A stretch of DNA of 64,000 bases from Escherichia phage EP335: the sequence record MG748548; one strand, written 5' to 3'. A program made the position numbers and the translations under genes. Shown here piece after piece: positions 1 through 9,229 of the stretch (the stretch's first letter is position 1; each line of letters starts with the position of its first letter). A model generated the notes under the pieces. That model searched no databases, was not told where the DNA came from, and saw nothing but the letters and a program-made list of their open reading frames with translations.

Positions 1-141
1 ATGAAATGTAAACATGATTACTATCTTCTTCGTAAAGCTTACGGGGATGAAAGAATACACGGGCTATACCTATCAACATGGAAATGTAAGGATTGTGGTA
101 AGCTACGGTTTAGTGAATGGATAGACAGACCGGGATGATAG
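1..141 (+). CDS. small Cys/His-rich (zinc-ribbon-like) protein, 46 aa; may be 5'-truncated by window edge
   Basis: ATG at 1, in-frame stop TGA at 139-141; CxH...CxxC pattern (MKCKH...WKCKDCG); below ORF-track size cutoff, translated by eye. Confidence 0.25.
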
Positions 142-250
142 TGCCTTAACGTGACATGGCCTTTACATGAGGTCCCCTTTATATCAGCGTACACGGGTTG
201 TCAATGATGACTACGCCTTTACGGGGTGGCCTTAATATGAGCGCCCCTTT

Positions 251-538
251 ATGTCTTCCCTTATTCAGAGGAGAATTAATATGGATTTTATCTTAGACTT
301 TTTATCAGAGGTGATTCCTCGGTTTCGCACTGAAAGATGTGCATTCACATTTGAAGATATGGGTGACGGGGAGTTAATCCTCACCTGTATTGGTCGCTTG
401 GTAGACCTAGATGATGACGAAGACTTCGATGCCACAATGGACGTAAGCGCCTTGGGTTGGCTTTACATGAGAGCTTTCCTGTCATTCAAAACAAACACAT
501 TTACTGATTATAGAAAAGAGGACACTGATAATGAATAA
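251..538 (+). CDS. hypothetical protein
   Basis: ORF track 95 aa; stop overlaps next start (ATGA-type junction at 531-538). Confidence 0.4.
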   Translation: MSSLIQRRINMDFILDFLSEVIPRFRTERCAFTFEDMGDGELILTCIGRLVDLDDDEDFDATMDVSALGWLYMRAFLSFKTNTFTDYRKEDTDNE

Positions 539-1049
539 CACAACAATCATCGCAGCACAGGCTATGGACTTAAACAACTACAACTCTGCTCTGTGTGGCT
601 CAGGCACTGCAACTAAACTGGTTAACGGAGAAGTTGTTACGGTGAATGGTCTTTACTCTCCGGATATTTATAGTGGCTCTATCCTCAAGCCAGAACACAA
701 GAATCCTTCTACACTGGAAGTTATTCAGTATGAATCTACCAAGCACAACAACTTGCCGGAACATGCACGACAGATGATCGAATGGATTGAAGAAGCAGAA
801 TATGAAATGCTGTACAACTATATGAACTCAAAAGATGAGTGGACTCGATTGGTAAGTGTTAATGAAGATGGTACAGAAAAGATTACGTGGATTCATAAAG
901 ACGAAGTGGTTAACGACGTGGTAGAAGATTACGAAAAATTTTTGGTCGGAGGGTTGGCTGAAGTTGAGAAGGGGTATGCAGTTCCTGTAGAATATGAAGG
1001 TGAACTTGTTGCTCTGAAGAAGATGTTTAACCTAAGCATCGATTGCTAA
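531..1049 (+). CDS. hypothetical protein
   Basis: ORF track 172 aa; followed by terminator hairpin. Confidence 0.5.
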   Translation: MNNTTIIAAQAMDLNNYNSALCGSGTATKLVNGEVVTVNGLYSPDIYSGSILKPEHKNPSTLEVIQYESTKHNNLPEHARQMIEWIEEAEYEMLYNYMNSKDEWTRLVSVNEDGTEKITWIHKDEVVNDVVEDYEKFLVGGLAEVEKGYAVPVEYEGELVALKKMFNLSIDC

Positions 1050-1057
1050 TTTGGTGT

Positions 1058-1086
1058 GCCTCTCGTAGTGGGAGGCTTTTTGTTAT
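1058..1086 (+). terminator. rho-independent terminator candidate
   Basis: stem gcctctc / gggaggc with 5-nt loop followed by tttttgtta. Confidence 0.45.
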
Positions 1087-1112
1087 AGTGGTAATGTAAG
1101 AAGGAGAGAAAC

Positions 1113-1583
1113 ATGTTTGGTGAAAAAGGAGAACTCACGCCTCTACAGGTAGCTGAGGTTACAGGAAGATTACCCGGAGTAACGGAAGAACTTGAATCCA
1201 AGGGTATGAACCCAAGCAATGGGAAGTTTCAAAAAGGAAATAAGTTTGGTAGACCAAAAGGTAGTAGAGGTAAACTTACTCAGCTTATGTTAGACCGAGT
1301 AGCTTCTAGTCATTTGTCTCCTGATGAAGTGTTAATTCAAATTTACGAAGACCCTAATATTCCGCCTGATCTTAGATTCAAGGCTGCATCAAAAGTCGCA
1401 GATCTAGTTTATCCTAAGGCAGCTTCTGTTGAAATTAAGATGGAGGATGAGAATGCAATTAATGAGGAAACGTTGAATGCACAAATCAAGGACTTCTTGA
1501 CCGGAGCTTTAGGTATTGATGTTATGCCTCCAGAAGACTCTGAGGACGCTGAAAAGGAGGAGGAAGCGGACGAGAGTAAATAA
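1113..1583 (+). CDS. terminase small subunit (putative)
   Basis: RBS aaggagag upstream; basic motif KGNKFGRPKGSRGK; acidic C-terminus; position immediately upstream of large terminase. Confidence 0.5.
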   Translation: MFGEKGELTPLQVAEVTGRLPGVTEELESKGMNPSNGKFQKGNKFGRPKGSRGKLTQLMLDRVASSHLSPDEVLIQIYEDPNIPPDLRFKAASKVADLVYPKAASVEIKMEDENAINEETLNAQIKDFLTGALGIDVMPPEDSEDAEKEEEADESK

Positions 1584-1651
1584 AGGAAACGGGGAGCTGT
1601 CGAAGATTCTTTTACAGTGTACCTCAGTATAGAGGGGAGGGTTCTTTTCGC

Positions 1652-1673
1652 GAGGGATCTCTCCCTTTTTTTA
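1652..1673 (+). terminator. hairpin plus T-run (attenuator/terminator-like) between terS and terL
   Basis: agggatctctccct stem-loop followed by ttttttt; lies in 5' part of track ORF 1617..3230, probably non-coding. Confidence 0.3.
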
Positions 1674-1688
1674 ATTTTTGGAGGAAGT

Positions 1689-3230
1689 ATGTCATTAGAT
1701 AAAGAAATATATGAAGCTCTCACTGGAGATAAACTAACAGTAGAGGAAAAGAAGCGTCTGTTAGGAATATTAAAAGAGCGAGATACATGGAGAAAGTATA
1801 ATAAGATTCTAGCTTTCAAAGCATACGACTTTCAGAAGAAGTTTTATGAGGCAGGACTGAAGCATCGCTTTAGGTTCCTGTGTGCTGCTAACCGTGTTGG
1901 TAAATCTTACAGCGAGGCATACGAGTTTGCTTGTCATGTCACAGGTCGCTACCCAACTTGGTGGACTGGATATAAATTTAAAAGACCTATCCTTGCATGG
2001 GCAGTCGGGATTACAGGGGATTCCACAAGAAAGGTTTTGCAAAAGGAATTGTTTGGCACACCTATTGGAAAAGATACAGATCTTATTGGTACAGGTGTGA
2101 TTCCTCGTGATGCTATTGTCATAGACACAATAGAACGAGATGGTAACAAGCTTCAGATCGTACAAATCAAACATCAAAACGAAAGGGGAGAGTTTGACGG
2201 CCTGAGCACATTAGAATTCCGTTCAACCCAACAGGGTGAACATACATTGATGGGTGCTACAGTTGATTATATTTGGCTGGACGAAGAAGATCCTTATGAA
2301 AGTATGGCAATCTTCTCTCAGTGTGTAACACGTACACTCACAACTAAAGGTTTAGTAACGATTACAGCTACACCAGAGAACGGTTTAACAGAGCTGGTGG
2401 ATAAGTTTATGAAAGGTGAAGGTGATGCAGATACAGGTTCTCTGTATTTCCAGAATGCTTCTTGGTGGGATGCACATGTTGACTTAGGTGGTCACATCTC
2501 AGACAAGGATATAAAAGACATGACCGAAGGTATTCCTGCTTGGCAGCTAGAGATGCGCTCCAAAGGTATGCCTCTGTTGGGTTCAGGTTTGATTTATGAT
2601 GTATCTGATGACTCAGTTAAGTGTGAACCATTCGATATCCCTGATACATGGAAACGTGTGTGTGCGGTTGATATCGGTATTGATCACCCTACTGCTGCTG
2701 TTTGGTCGGCTTACGATGCTAACACTGATACTATTTACATCTATGACTGCTATAGAGAAGGTGGTTACACTCCAGCTTACCATGCTCCGGCTATTAATGG
2801 TCGAGGACAGTGGATTCCGGTGGTGTTACCTCACGATGCTGACAATCTTGAGAAAGGTAGTGGTTCTTCAGTGGCCCAATTCTATAGGAATGCAGGGGTT
2901 AACGTACAATCTGAGACCTTCTACAACAAGATTGGAATGGATGGTAAAAAGAACTTCTTTGTAGAGCCGGGAATTACAGATATTCGTGAACGTATGATGT
3001 CAGGTCGATTCAAGATCTTTAATACTGCTTCCTGTGCTAAACTCTTTGAAGAAAAAGCACGATACCACCGTAAGGTCGGTAGGATTGTTAAAGAACATGA
3101 CGACTTGATGGATGCGATGCGCTATTCTGCTTGCTCCGTAACACATAGAGGTCGTAGTAAACACGATGCTAGCTACGGAAGTTCGTCGCTTTATCAAGAA
3201 AATATTAACAGATGGAATTCGAGTTACTAA
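1689..3230 (+). CDS. terminase large subunit
   Basis: internal ATG at 1689 preceded by ggagga; Walker A-like AANRVGKS, Walker B-like IWLDEEDP, C-terminal RNase-H-like nuclease region (AVDIGIDHP). Confidence 0.8.
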   Translation: MSLDKEIYEALTGDKLTVEEKKRLLGILKERDTWRKYNKILAFKAYDFQKKFYEAGLKHRFRFLCAANRVGKSYSEAYEFACHVTGRYPTWWTGYKFKRPILAWAVGITGDSTRKVLQKELFGTPIGKDTDLIGTGVIPRDAIVIDTIERDGNKLQIVQIKHQNERGEFDGLSTLEFRSTQQGEHTLMGATVDYIWLDEEDPYESMAIFSQCVTRTLTTKGLVTITATPENGLTELVDKFMKGEGDADTGSLYFQNASWWDAHVDLGGHISDKDIKDMTEGIPAWQLEMRSKGMPLLGSGLIYDVSDDSVKCEPFDIPDTWKRVCAVDIGIDHPTAAVWSAYDANTDTIYIYDCYREGGYTPAYHAPAINGRGQWIPVVLPHDADNLEKGSGSSVAQFYRNAGVNVQSETFYNKIGMDGKKNFFVEPGITDIRERMMSGRFKIFNTASCAKLFEEKARYHRKVGRIVKEHDDLMDAMRYSACSVTHRGRSKHDASYGSSSLYQENINRWNSSY

Positions 3231-3341
3231 TTGTGCAGGGGCGCTAGATTCGTAAGTTAACTAGGCGTGTACAAATCGAAGGGGAGGCTAAGGTCTCCCT
3301 TTAGTAATTCCTTCCCAGCTATCAACCGAGGGAGAGATTAG

Positions 3342-5585
3342 ATGGCTAAGAAGAATTTTAGTGAAGATGTATTGGATGAACTGCGCGTTGACCTTCAACG
3401 TCGATTCAACTACGCTCAAGGCTACGTAGATATCGCTGTAAAAGGCTATGCTCGTGAGGCTTGGGAATATTTTTATGGGAACCTTCCTGCTCCAGTTACA
3501 GCTGGCAGTTCTAGTTGGGTCGATCGTACAGTATGGGAATCAGTAAACGGTACACTCCAAGATATCATCAACGTATTCTGTTCAGGTGATGAAGCAGTGA
3601 CATTTGTAGCGGACAACCAAGCAGATAGTGATGCAGCTGACGTAGCAACTAAGCTCGTTAACCAAATCCTGTTGCGTGATAATCCGGGATACAATGTTAT
3701 TTCCTCAGCGGCACAAGAGTGTCTTGTCACTCGTAACTCTTTTATCAAATACTATTGGGATGAACAAACCTCCACTCAGACAGAAGAGGCAGAGGGCGTA
3801 CCTCCAGAAGCACTTGCTGCATATGTGCAGGGATTAGAGGCTGGCGGTCTTGAAGAGTTAGAAGTCTTTACCACTGATAATGATGACGGTACAGTGGACG
3901 TCAAGGTTAACTACAAACAAACAGTAAAACGTGTGAAGGTTGAGTATGTTCCTTCCGAACAAATCTTTGTAGATGAACATGCAACCAGTTTTGCTGATGC
4001 ACAATATTTCTGTCATCGTGTACGTCGCTCTAAAGAAGATCTCGTAGCTATGGGTTTCCCTAAAGATGAGATTGAAGCTTTTAACGATTGGACTGATACG
4101 ATGGACACTACCCAATCAACCGTTGCTTGGTCACGTACCGACTGGCGTCAGGATATAGACTCAGATATCGGTGTAGACACTGATGATATCGCTTCTATGG
4201 TTTGGGTTTATGAACACTACATCCGTACTGGTGTACTGGATAAGAATAAAGAATCAAAACTCTATCAGGTTATCCAAGCAGGTGAGCATATTCTCAGTTG
4301 TGAAGAAGTAACCAGTATTCCGTTCGTAACTTTCTGCCCGTACCCAATTCCGGGTTCATTCTATGGTCAGTCTGTCTATGACATTACGAAAGATATTCAA
4401 GATTTACGTACCGCACTAGTTCGTGGTTATATTGATAACGTAAACAATGCTAACTATGGTCGTTATAAAGCGATTGTAGGGGCGTATGACCGTCGTTCTT
4501 TGCTAGACAACCGTCCGGGTGGCGTTGTTGAAATGGAGCGTCAGGATGCGATTGATTTGTTCCCATACCACAATCTACCTCAGGGTATCGAGGGTCTGTT
4601 GGGAATGTCTGAAGAATTGAAAGAAACTCGTACAGGTGTCACTAAGCTCGGAATGGGTATTAACCCTGATGTGTTTAAGAATGACAACGCCTATGCTACT
4701 GTAGGCTTGATGATGAATGCAGCTCAGAACCGTCTCCGTATGGTGTGTCGTAACATTGCACACAATGGCATGGTTGAGTTAATGCGTGGAATCTACAACC
4801 TTATCAGAGAAAATGGTGAAACTCCTTTACAGGTTCAAACACCTCGTGGAATGGTTCAGGTAGATCCGAAACAGTTACCACCTCGTCATAATTTACAAGT
4901 TGTTGTAGCTATCTCTCCTAATGAGAAAGCAGAACGTGCACAGAAACTGATTAGTCTGAAACAGCTGATTTCTGCTGACCGACAGTTAGCACCTCTCTTT
5001 ACTCTGGAGCAAGATCGTTACATGACTGCACAGATCTTTGAGTTGATGGGAATTAAGGATACTCATAAATACTTAATGCCTCTTGAACAGTATCAGCCAC
5101 CGCAGCCATCTCCAATGGAAATTCTCCAGCTGGAAATGACTAAAGCTCAGGTTGAGAACGTACAGGCTTCTTCTCAGAAGATGATTGCTGATGCATTCGA
5201 CCAGCGTGAACGTACTACATTCGAACAGCAGAAAGCTGCCGATGAGTTCAGTCTGAAGCAGGAAGAGTTGCAGTTCAAGCAAGAAAATGCAGCAGATGTA
5301 ATGACCTTAGAGAATCGTAAGGAAGACAATAGTGCTACTCTGGAACAAGCTAAACACAAACTGTCTCTTCTTCAGCAGCAGGTTCGTCAGTATGAATCCG
5401 TACTGAAAGAACTACAGATGGTTATGGACCATCAGGTTGACCAAGAGAAGATTGTTGCTCAAGCACAGGTTCAGGATAAGACTTTGGAACTCCAAAAGAA
5501 AGAGTCAAATGTAACTAAGAAAGACCAACAGAAGACTCTAAAAGATTCTAGGATTCCTAACAGACGTCTTGGTAGTAAAAAATAA
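3342..5585 (+). CDS. portal protein (putative)
   Basis: 747 aa ORF immediately after terminase; gggagag RBS; Q-rich coiled-coil C-terminus; synteny terminase-portal-scaffold-capsid. Confidence 0.6.
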   Translation: MAKKNFSEDVLDELRVDLQRRFNYAQGYVDIAVKGYAREAWEYFYGNLPAPVTAGSSSWVDRTVWESVNGTLQDIINVFCSGDEAVTFVADNQADSDAADVATKLVNQILLRDNPGYNVISSAAQECLVTRNSFIKYYWDEQTSTQTEEAEGVPPEALAAYVQGLEAGGLEELEVFTTDNDDGTVDVKVNYKQTVKRVKVEYVPSEQIFVDEHATSFADAQYFCHRVRRSKEDLVAMGFPKDEIEAFNDWTDTMDTTQSTVAWSRTDWRQDIDSDIGVDTDDIASMVWVYEHYIRTGVLDKNKESKLYQVIQAGEHILSCEEVTSIPFVTFCPYPIPGSFYGQSVYDITKDIQDLRTALVRGYIDNVNNANYGRYKAIVGAYDRRSLLDNRPGGVVEMERQDAIDLFPYHNLPQGIEGLLGMSEELKETRTGVTKLGMGINPDVFKNDNAYATVGLMMNAAQNRLRMVCRNIAHNGMVELMRGIYNLIRENGETPLQVQTPRGMVQVDPKQLPPRHNLQVVVAISPNEKAERAQKLISLKQLISADRQLAPLFTLEQDRYMTAQIFELMGIKDTHKYLMPLEQYQPPQPSPMEILQLEMTKAQVENVQASSQKMIADAFDQRERTTFEQQKAADEFSLKQEELQFKQENAADVMTLENRKEDNSATLEQAKHKLSLLQQQVRQYESVLKELQMVMDHQVDQEKIVAQAQVQDKTLELQKKESNVTKKDQQKTLKDSRIPNRRLGSKK

Positions 5586-5594
5586 GGACACTGA

Positions 5595-5831
5595 ATGAAT
5601 ACACAACATCAATTCAATAAAGAGCATGCCGCCAGTTTGGCGGCTCTCAATCTTACAGGCAGTCTTGACGCAGCATTAGAGGCATTGAAAGAGAAACTCA
5701 TGAAAGAGATCGTATCAACCGAGCCTCATGAGAACAAGAAACGCGAAGATTGTTATCAAAAGTATAAAATGGTGGGTAGCTTAAAAGAGGTCATAAAAGC
5801 TGCTATCAATAGTGCAGGAGATGTTTCATAA
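5595..5831 (+). CDS. hypothetical protein
   Basis: ORF track 78 aa between portal and scaffold. Confidence 0.4.
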   Translation: MNTQHQFNKEHAASLAALNLTGSLDAALEALKEKLMKEIVSTEPHENKKREDCYQKYKMVGSLKEVIKAAINSAGDVS

Positions 5832-6913
5832 TGCCACAAGATAATTATATTGACCCGAACGATTTTAAATCTTTCCTCCAACTGGATGACCTGAAAGGTT
5901 CCTTCAAAGAAGAACTTGGTCGATTAGAATCTGAACAAGAGCCAGAAGTGGACATTGACGAAGACTTCCCTGAATCTCAGGCTGATGACTTCGACATTGA
6001 CACCGACCTTCTCGGCAAAGGCGATACGCTAGCGTTCGAAGATGAAGATGGATGGGAAGATGAAGAAGGAACGGAAGACGAAGCAGATGAGACTGATGAT
6101 GTTGTCGAGGATGACGAATCAGATGAGTCCAGTGATGCTGAACACGAAGAAACAGCTGACGAGGACGTAGACTACGAAGACGGCGACGTCTATGATGTTG
6201 ACTACGAAACCGTTATCACTCTTCCGGACGGTCGTGAAATGACAATCGAAGAATTGTCTAACGGCTACTTAACTGGTTCAGCAATGACCGAACGAGAAGA
6301 AACTCTCCAACGTCATGTTGAAGCTTTTGAAGAACGTGTTACAGGTTTGACGGATGTATTAGATTTGGCGTCTCTGGAAGCAGACCGTGTGATTGAAGAT
6401 TACAACGGCTTTGATTGGGACAAGCTCGCACAAGAAGATCCTCAGGCTTATGTAGAAAACAAACGTTTCTTAGAAAAATATGTAGCTCGTCGTCAGCAGC
6501 TGGAAGCAGCTCAGGCTAAGGCTAAACAGGAAGCGCAAGCTAAAGAAGAAGCTGTATTCCGCTCTAAGAGTGCTGAATGTGTTGCTATTCTGAAGCGTGA
6601 GATTCCTAATTGGGATGAGAATCTGTATCAGGGACTGATGCAATATGCAATTGATCTCGGTGCTACAGAGGAAGAAGTATTGCGGGAGAATCGTCCGTCT
6701 ATCTTCTTGGCTTTACATAAAGCATACCAATTTGATAAAGGTAAGCAACAGGTAATGGCTAAGATTAAGCGTCCGGGTGCTCCACGAAAAGTCGTGAAGT
6801 CTGATGCTTCTAAAGCTCGTACTTCCGGTAAGCCAGACAACGCTAAGGTTGCCAAGGCATTTGCAGAGGGTCGTATTCGTCATGAAGATGCATTTAAGTA
6901 TCTCGTAGATTAA
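5831..6913 (+). CDS. scaffolding protein (putative)
   Basis: highly acidic D/E-rich, coiled-coil A/K/Q-rich region; position directly upstream of major capsid gene. Confidence 0.5.
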   Translation: MPQDNYIDPNDFKSFLQLDDLKGSFKEELGRLESEQEPEVDIDEDFPESQADDFDIDTDLLGKGDTLAFEDEDGWEDEEGTEDEADETDDVVEDDESDESSDAEHEETADEDVDYEDGDVYDVDYETVITLPDGREMTIEELSNGYLTGSAMTEREETLQRHVEAFEERVTGLTDVLDLASLEADRVIEDYNGFDWDKLAQEDPQAYVENKRFLEKYVARRQQLEAAQAKAKQEAQAKEEAVFRSKSAECVAILKREIPNWDENLYQGLMQYAIDLGATEEEVLRENRPSIFLALHKAYQFDKGKQQVMAKIKRPGAPRKVVKSDASKARTSGKPDNAKVAKAFAEGRIRHEDAFKYLVD

Positions 6914-6954
6914 TCGACAAATTTATTTTTTAATAGTATAGGAGCTAACATAAC

Positions 6955-8028
6955 ATGGCAAATCCAACTTTATTTGTATCTTACGACCAGAACGGTAAAA
7001 AACTTTCCTTCGCTAACTGGATTTCTGTTCTGTCCCCGCAAGACACTCCGTTTGTGTCTATGACTGGTAAAGAGTCTATTAATCAGACTATTTTCAGCTG
7101 GCAGACCGACGCACTGGCAGCAGTTGATGCATCTAACGCACACATCGAAGGCTCTCGTGCTGATGATGGCGAAATGCAGCCGACTGTAATTAAATCGAAC
7201 GTTACTCAGATCCTGCGTAAAGTTGTTCGTGTATCCGATACCGCTAACACCACCGCTAACTACGGTCGTGGTCGTGAACTGATGTATCAGCTGGAGAAGA
7301 AAGGTAAAGAGATCAAGCGTGACCTCGAAAAAATCCTTCTGTCCGGTCAGGCTCGTACCGACGTGCTGGCTGACCAGTACCTGACTAACTCTGCAACTGA
7401 TCCTGATCTGGTTGGTAAGAATGACACCAATGCAGCTCGTAAGACTGGTGCTTTCCAGTTCCTGTGTGCTCACGGTGGTCTGACTGGTGCTTCTGGTTCT
7501 CAGGTTGTTGATAAAACTAAGAACGGTCCTGCTGACCCGGATACTGGTGCAGTAACTGTTAAAGTTGCACAGAATGCTTCTAACCCGACCACTAACGTTG
7601 GTTTTGATGAAGCTGATATCTTTGATATGACTCTGCAACTGTACACTGCTGGTTCTGAAGCTGATATTATCATGATCAACCCTGCTCATGCTAAGATCTT
7701 TGCTGCTCTTCAGGAAAACTCTGTTGGTTCTCGTCAGCGTATCTTTGAGAACACCAAGCAGTTCATCTATGAAGTTAACAGCATTACTGACCCGCTGGGC
7801 CAGAGCTACAAAATCATCGTTAACCGTTGGATGCCTACTGATGCAGTATACTTCTTCCGTAGTGCTGACTGGACTCAGATGGTCCTGCGTGCTCCGAAGC
7901 GTACTGAACTGGCTAAAGATGGTTCTTACGAGAAGTGGATGATTGAAATGGAAGTTGGTCTGCGTCACCGCAACCCTTATGCTTCCGGCGTTCTGTTCAC
8001 TGCTGCGGGAAAGGTAGTGGCGGCGTAA
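6955..8028 (+). CDS. major capsid protein
   Basis: 357 aa; aggag RBS; position after scaffold; long spurious antisense ORF across it suggests strongly biased codon usage; slippery site at its 3' end. Confidence 0.7.
   Translation: MANPTLFVSYDQNGKKLSFANWISVLSPQDTPFVSMTGKESINQTIFSWQTDALAAVDASNAHIEGSRADDGEMQPTVIKSNVTQILRKVVRVSDTANTTANYGRGRELMYQLEKKGKEIKRDLEKILLSGQARTDVLADQYLTNSATDPDLVGKNDTNAARKTGAFQFLCAHGGLTGASGSQVVDKTKNGPADPDTGAVTVKVAQNASNPTTNVGFDEADIFDMTLQLYTAGSEADIIMINPAHAKIFAALQENSVGSRQRIFENTKQFIYEVNSITDPLGQSYKIIVNRWMPTDAVYFFRSADWTQMVLRAPKRTELAKDGSYEKWMIEMEVGLRHRNPYASGVLFTAAGKVVAA
8007..8013 (+). other. candidate -1 programmed ribosomal frameshift slippery heptamer G_GGA_AAG
   Basis: GGGAAAG in X_XXY_YYZ register within last codons of capsid gene (..A-G-K-V-V-A-A-stop); -1 frame is open from 7947 through 9131. 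Confidence 0.5.
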
Positions 8029-9131
8029 CAGTAGATACCGTAACTGTTAGTCCTTCGTCGGTTGCAAGCCTTCCGACGGGGGCTACTCAGCAGTTTACAG
8101 CTACAGCAGAAATGAGTGACAGCTCCACAAGCACAACCGGATTTAATTGGTCCGTTGAGGGCGGTGGGGCTATTTCTGTTTCTGGGCTATATACTGCACC
8201 GAGTGCGTCGCAAGAAACCCCAGCAACTATTACGGCTACTAAAGGTGGTAAGGCAGGTACTGCTACAGTTCAGTCTGTTTTTGAACCTGCTACTATTGAA
8301 GCCAAAGCCAACATCACTGGTAAAGTAGGTGGAAGCACTACAGCCTTTACTACAATGTTTACAGCAACTAATTCTTCGGCAGAAGATTATTCTTTTGTTG
8401 TATCTCCAACATCAGCAGGAACTGTCAGTGCCGCAGGAGTTTTAACTTTAAGTAATGATGCAACTGGCACAGTTACTGTTAAAGCAACTCATAAAACTCA
8501 GTCAGGTGTTGAAGCCACTGTAACCTTTACGGGTGTTGTTGCTAAAGCTGCTATTACTGGAAAAACAGTCACAGGTAAAGTTGGTGGTGATGTGATTCCT
8601 TTCACGGACATGTTCACTAGTAACAAACCAGCATCAGAATTCAACTACGTGTTGACTCCGACTGGTGATGTAGGTGAAATTGACACTACTACAGGTGCAC
8701 TGACTCTCTTAGATGACCCTACAGACGAACTTATTAGTGTTAAAGCTACTCATAAAACTCAAACTTCTGTAACAGCAACCACTACAATCACAGCTACTCC
8801 GAAACTTACGGGCCTTGTTGCTTCTACTGTTTCTAATACTGTGGTCGTAGGTGCTACAGATAACCCTCTTGCTACAGACTCTATCACAATCACTGACTCC
8901 GCTCAACCGGGTGTAGTTCGTTTTGATGGTGTACCTCAGGGTTCAGTAGTTGGTGCTCTATCTTATGACACAGAAGGTACTGATGTAGGTTTGATGGAAG
9001 TTGATTTAACAGGTCAGGTGTTGACAATCACTTTATCAGCTCCGATTACCAGTGAAGATACTAAAATCTCAATCAGAACTAACCCAGCCTCCACAATATT
9101 CCGTACTTATGTTGTCAAGTCTGGTGCATAA
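8013..9131 (+). CDS. Ig-like (Big_2) domain extension, probably expressed as capsid-Ig fusion by -1 frameshift; independent start at ATG 8112 not excluded
   Basis: frame open upstream of ATG 8112 and already encodes Big_2-like sequence VTVSPSSVASLPTGATQQFTATA before the ATG; no clear SD before 8112; T/S/V-rich Ig-like repeats. Confidence 0.55.
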   Translation, partial: GSGGVTVDTVTVSPSSVASLPTGATQQFTATAEMSDSSTSTTGFNWSVEGGGAISVSGLYTAPSASQETPATITATKGGKAGTATVQSVFEPATIEAKANITGKVGGSTTAFTTMFTATNSSAEDYSFVVSPTSAGTVSAAGVLTLSNDATGTVTVKATHKTQSGVEATVTFTGVVAKAAITGKTVTGKVGGDVIPFTDMFTSNKPASEFNYVLTPTGDVGEIDTTTGALTLLDDPTDELISVKATHKTQTSVTATTTITATPKLTGLVASTVSNTVVVGATDNPLATDSITITDSAQPGVVRFDGVPQGSVVGALSYDTEGTDVGLMEVDLTGQVLTITLSAPITSEDTKISIRTNPASTIFRTYVVKSGA

Positions 9132-9136
9132 ACCTA

Positions 9137-9165
9137 AGCTGCCTTCGGGCGGCTTTTCTTGTTTT
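9137..9165 (+). terminator. rho-independent terminator (UUCG tetraloop hairpin)
   Basis: agctgcc-ttcg-ggcggct followed by tttcttgtttt. Confidence 0.6.
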
Positions 9166-9185
9166 AAGACCTATACATGACCAAG

Positions 9186-9197
9186 TGTAATGTATAT
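9186..9197 (+). promoter_or_regulatory. promoter-like motif GTGTAATGTATA
   Basis: conserved TAATGTATA-type motif about 35-40 nt upstream of ATG 9230; recurs at 26307, 35797 (+) and 35724, 46340 (-). Confidence 0.35.
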
Positions 9198-9229
9198 TCT
9201 TTGTCTACATACAACTAGGAGGACAATCT

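Noticed and set aside
5831-6913. Highly acidic 360-aa protein as an Ocr-like DNA-mimic anti-restriction protein
   Set aside because: Its position between portal and major capsid genes and its coiled-coil content fit a scaffolding protein better; acidity alone is not diagnostic.
6970-7968. 332-aa minus-strand ORF entirely inside the major capsid gene
   Set aside because: Fully antisense to a strongly supported, RBS-preceded structural gene; long antisense ORFs are a common by-product of biased codon usage. The same reasoning applies to the other embedded opposite-strand or alternative-frame ORFs in the track (for example 1409..1819, 1809..2177, 3473..3748, 10484..10798, 17574..17846, 18154..18513, 25414..25794, 53117..53509, 53172..53759, 54817..55446, 56910..57443, 57425..57823).
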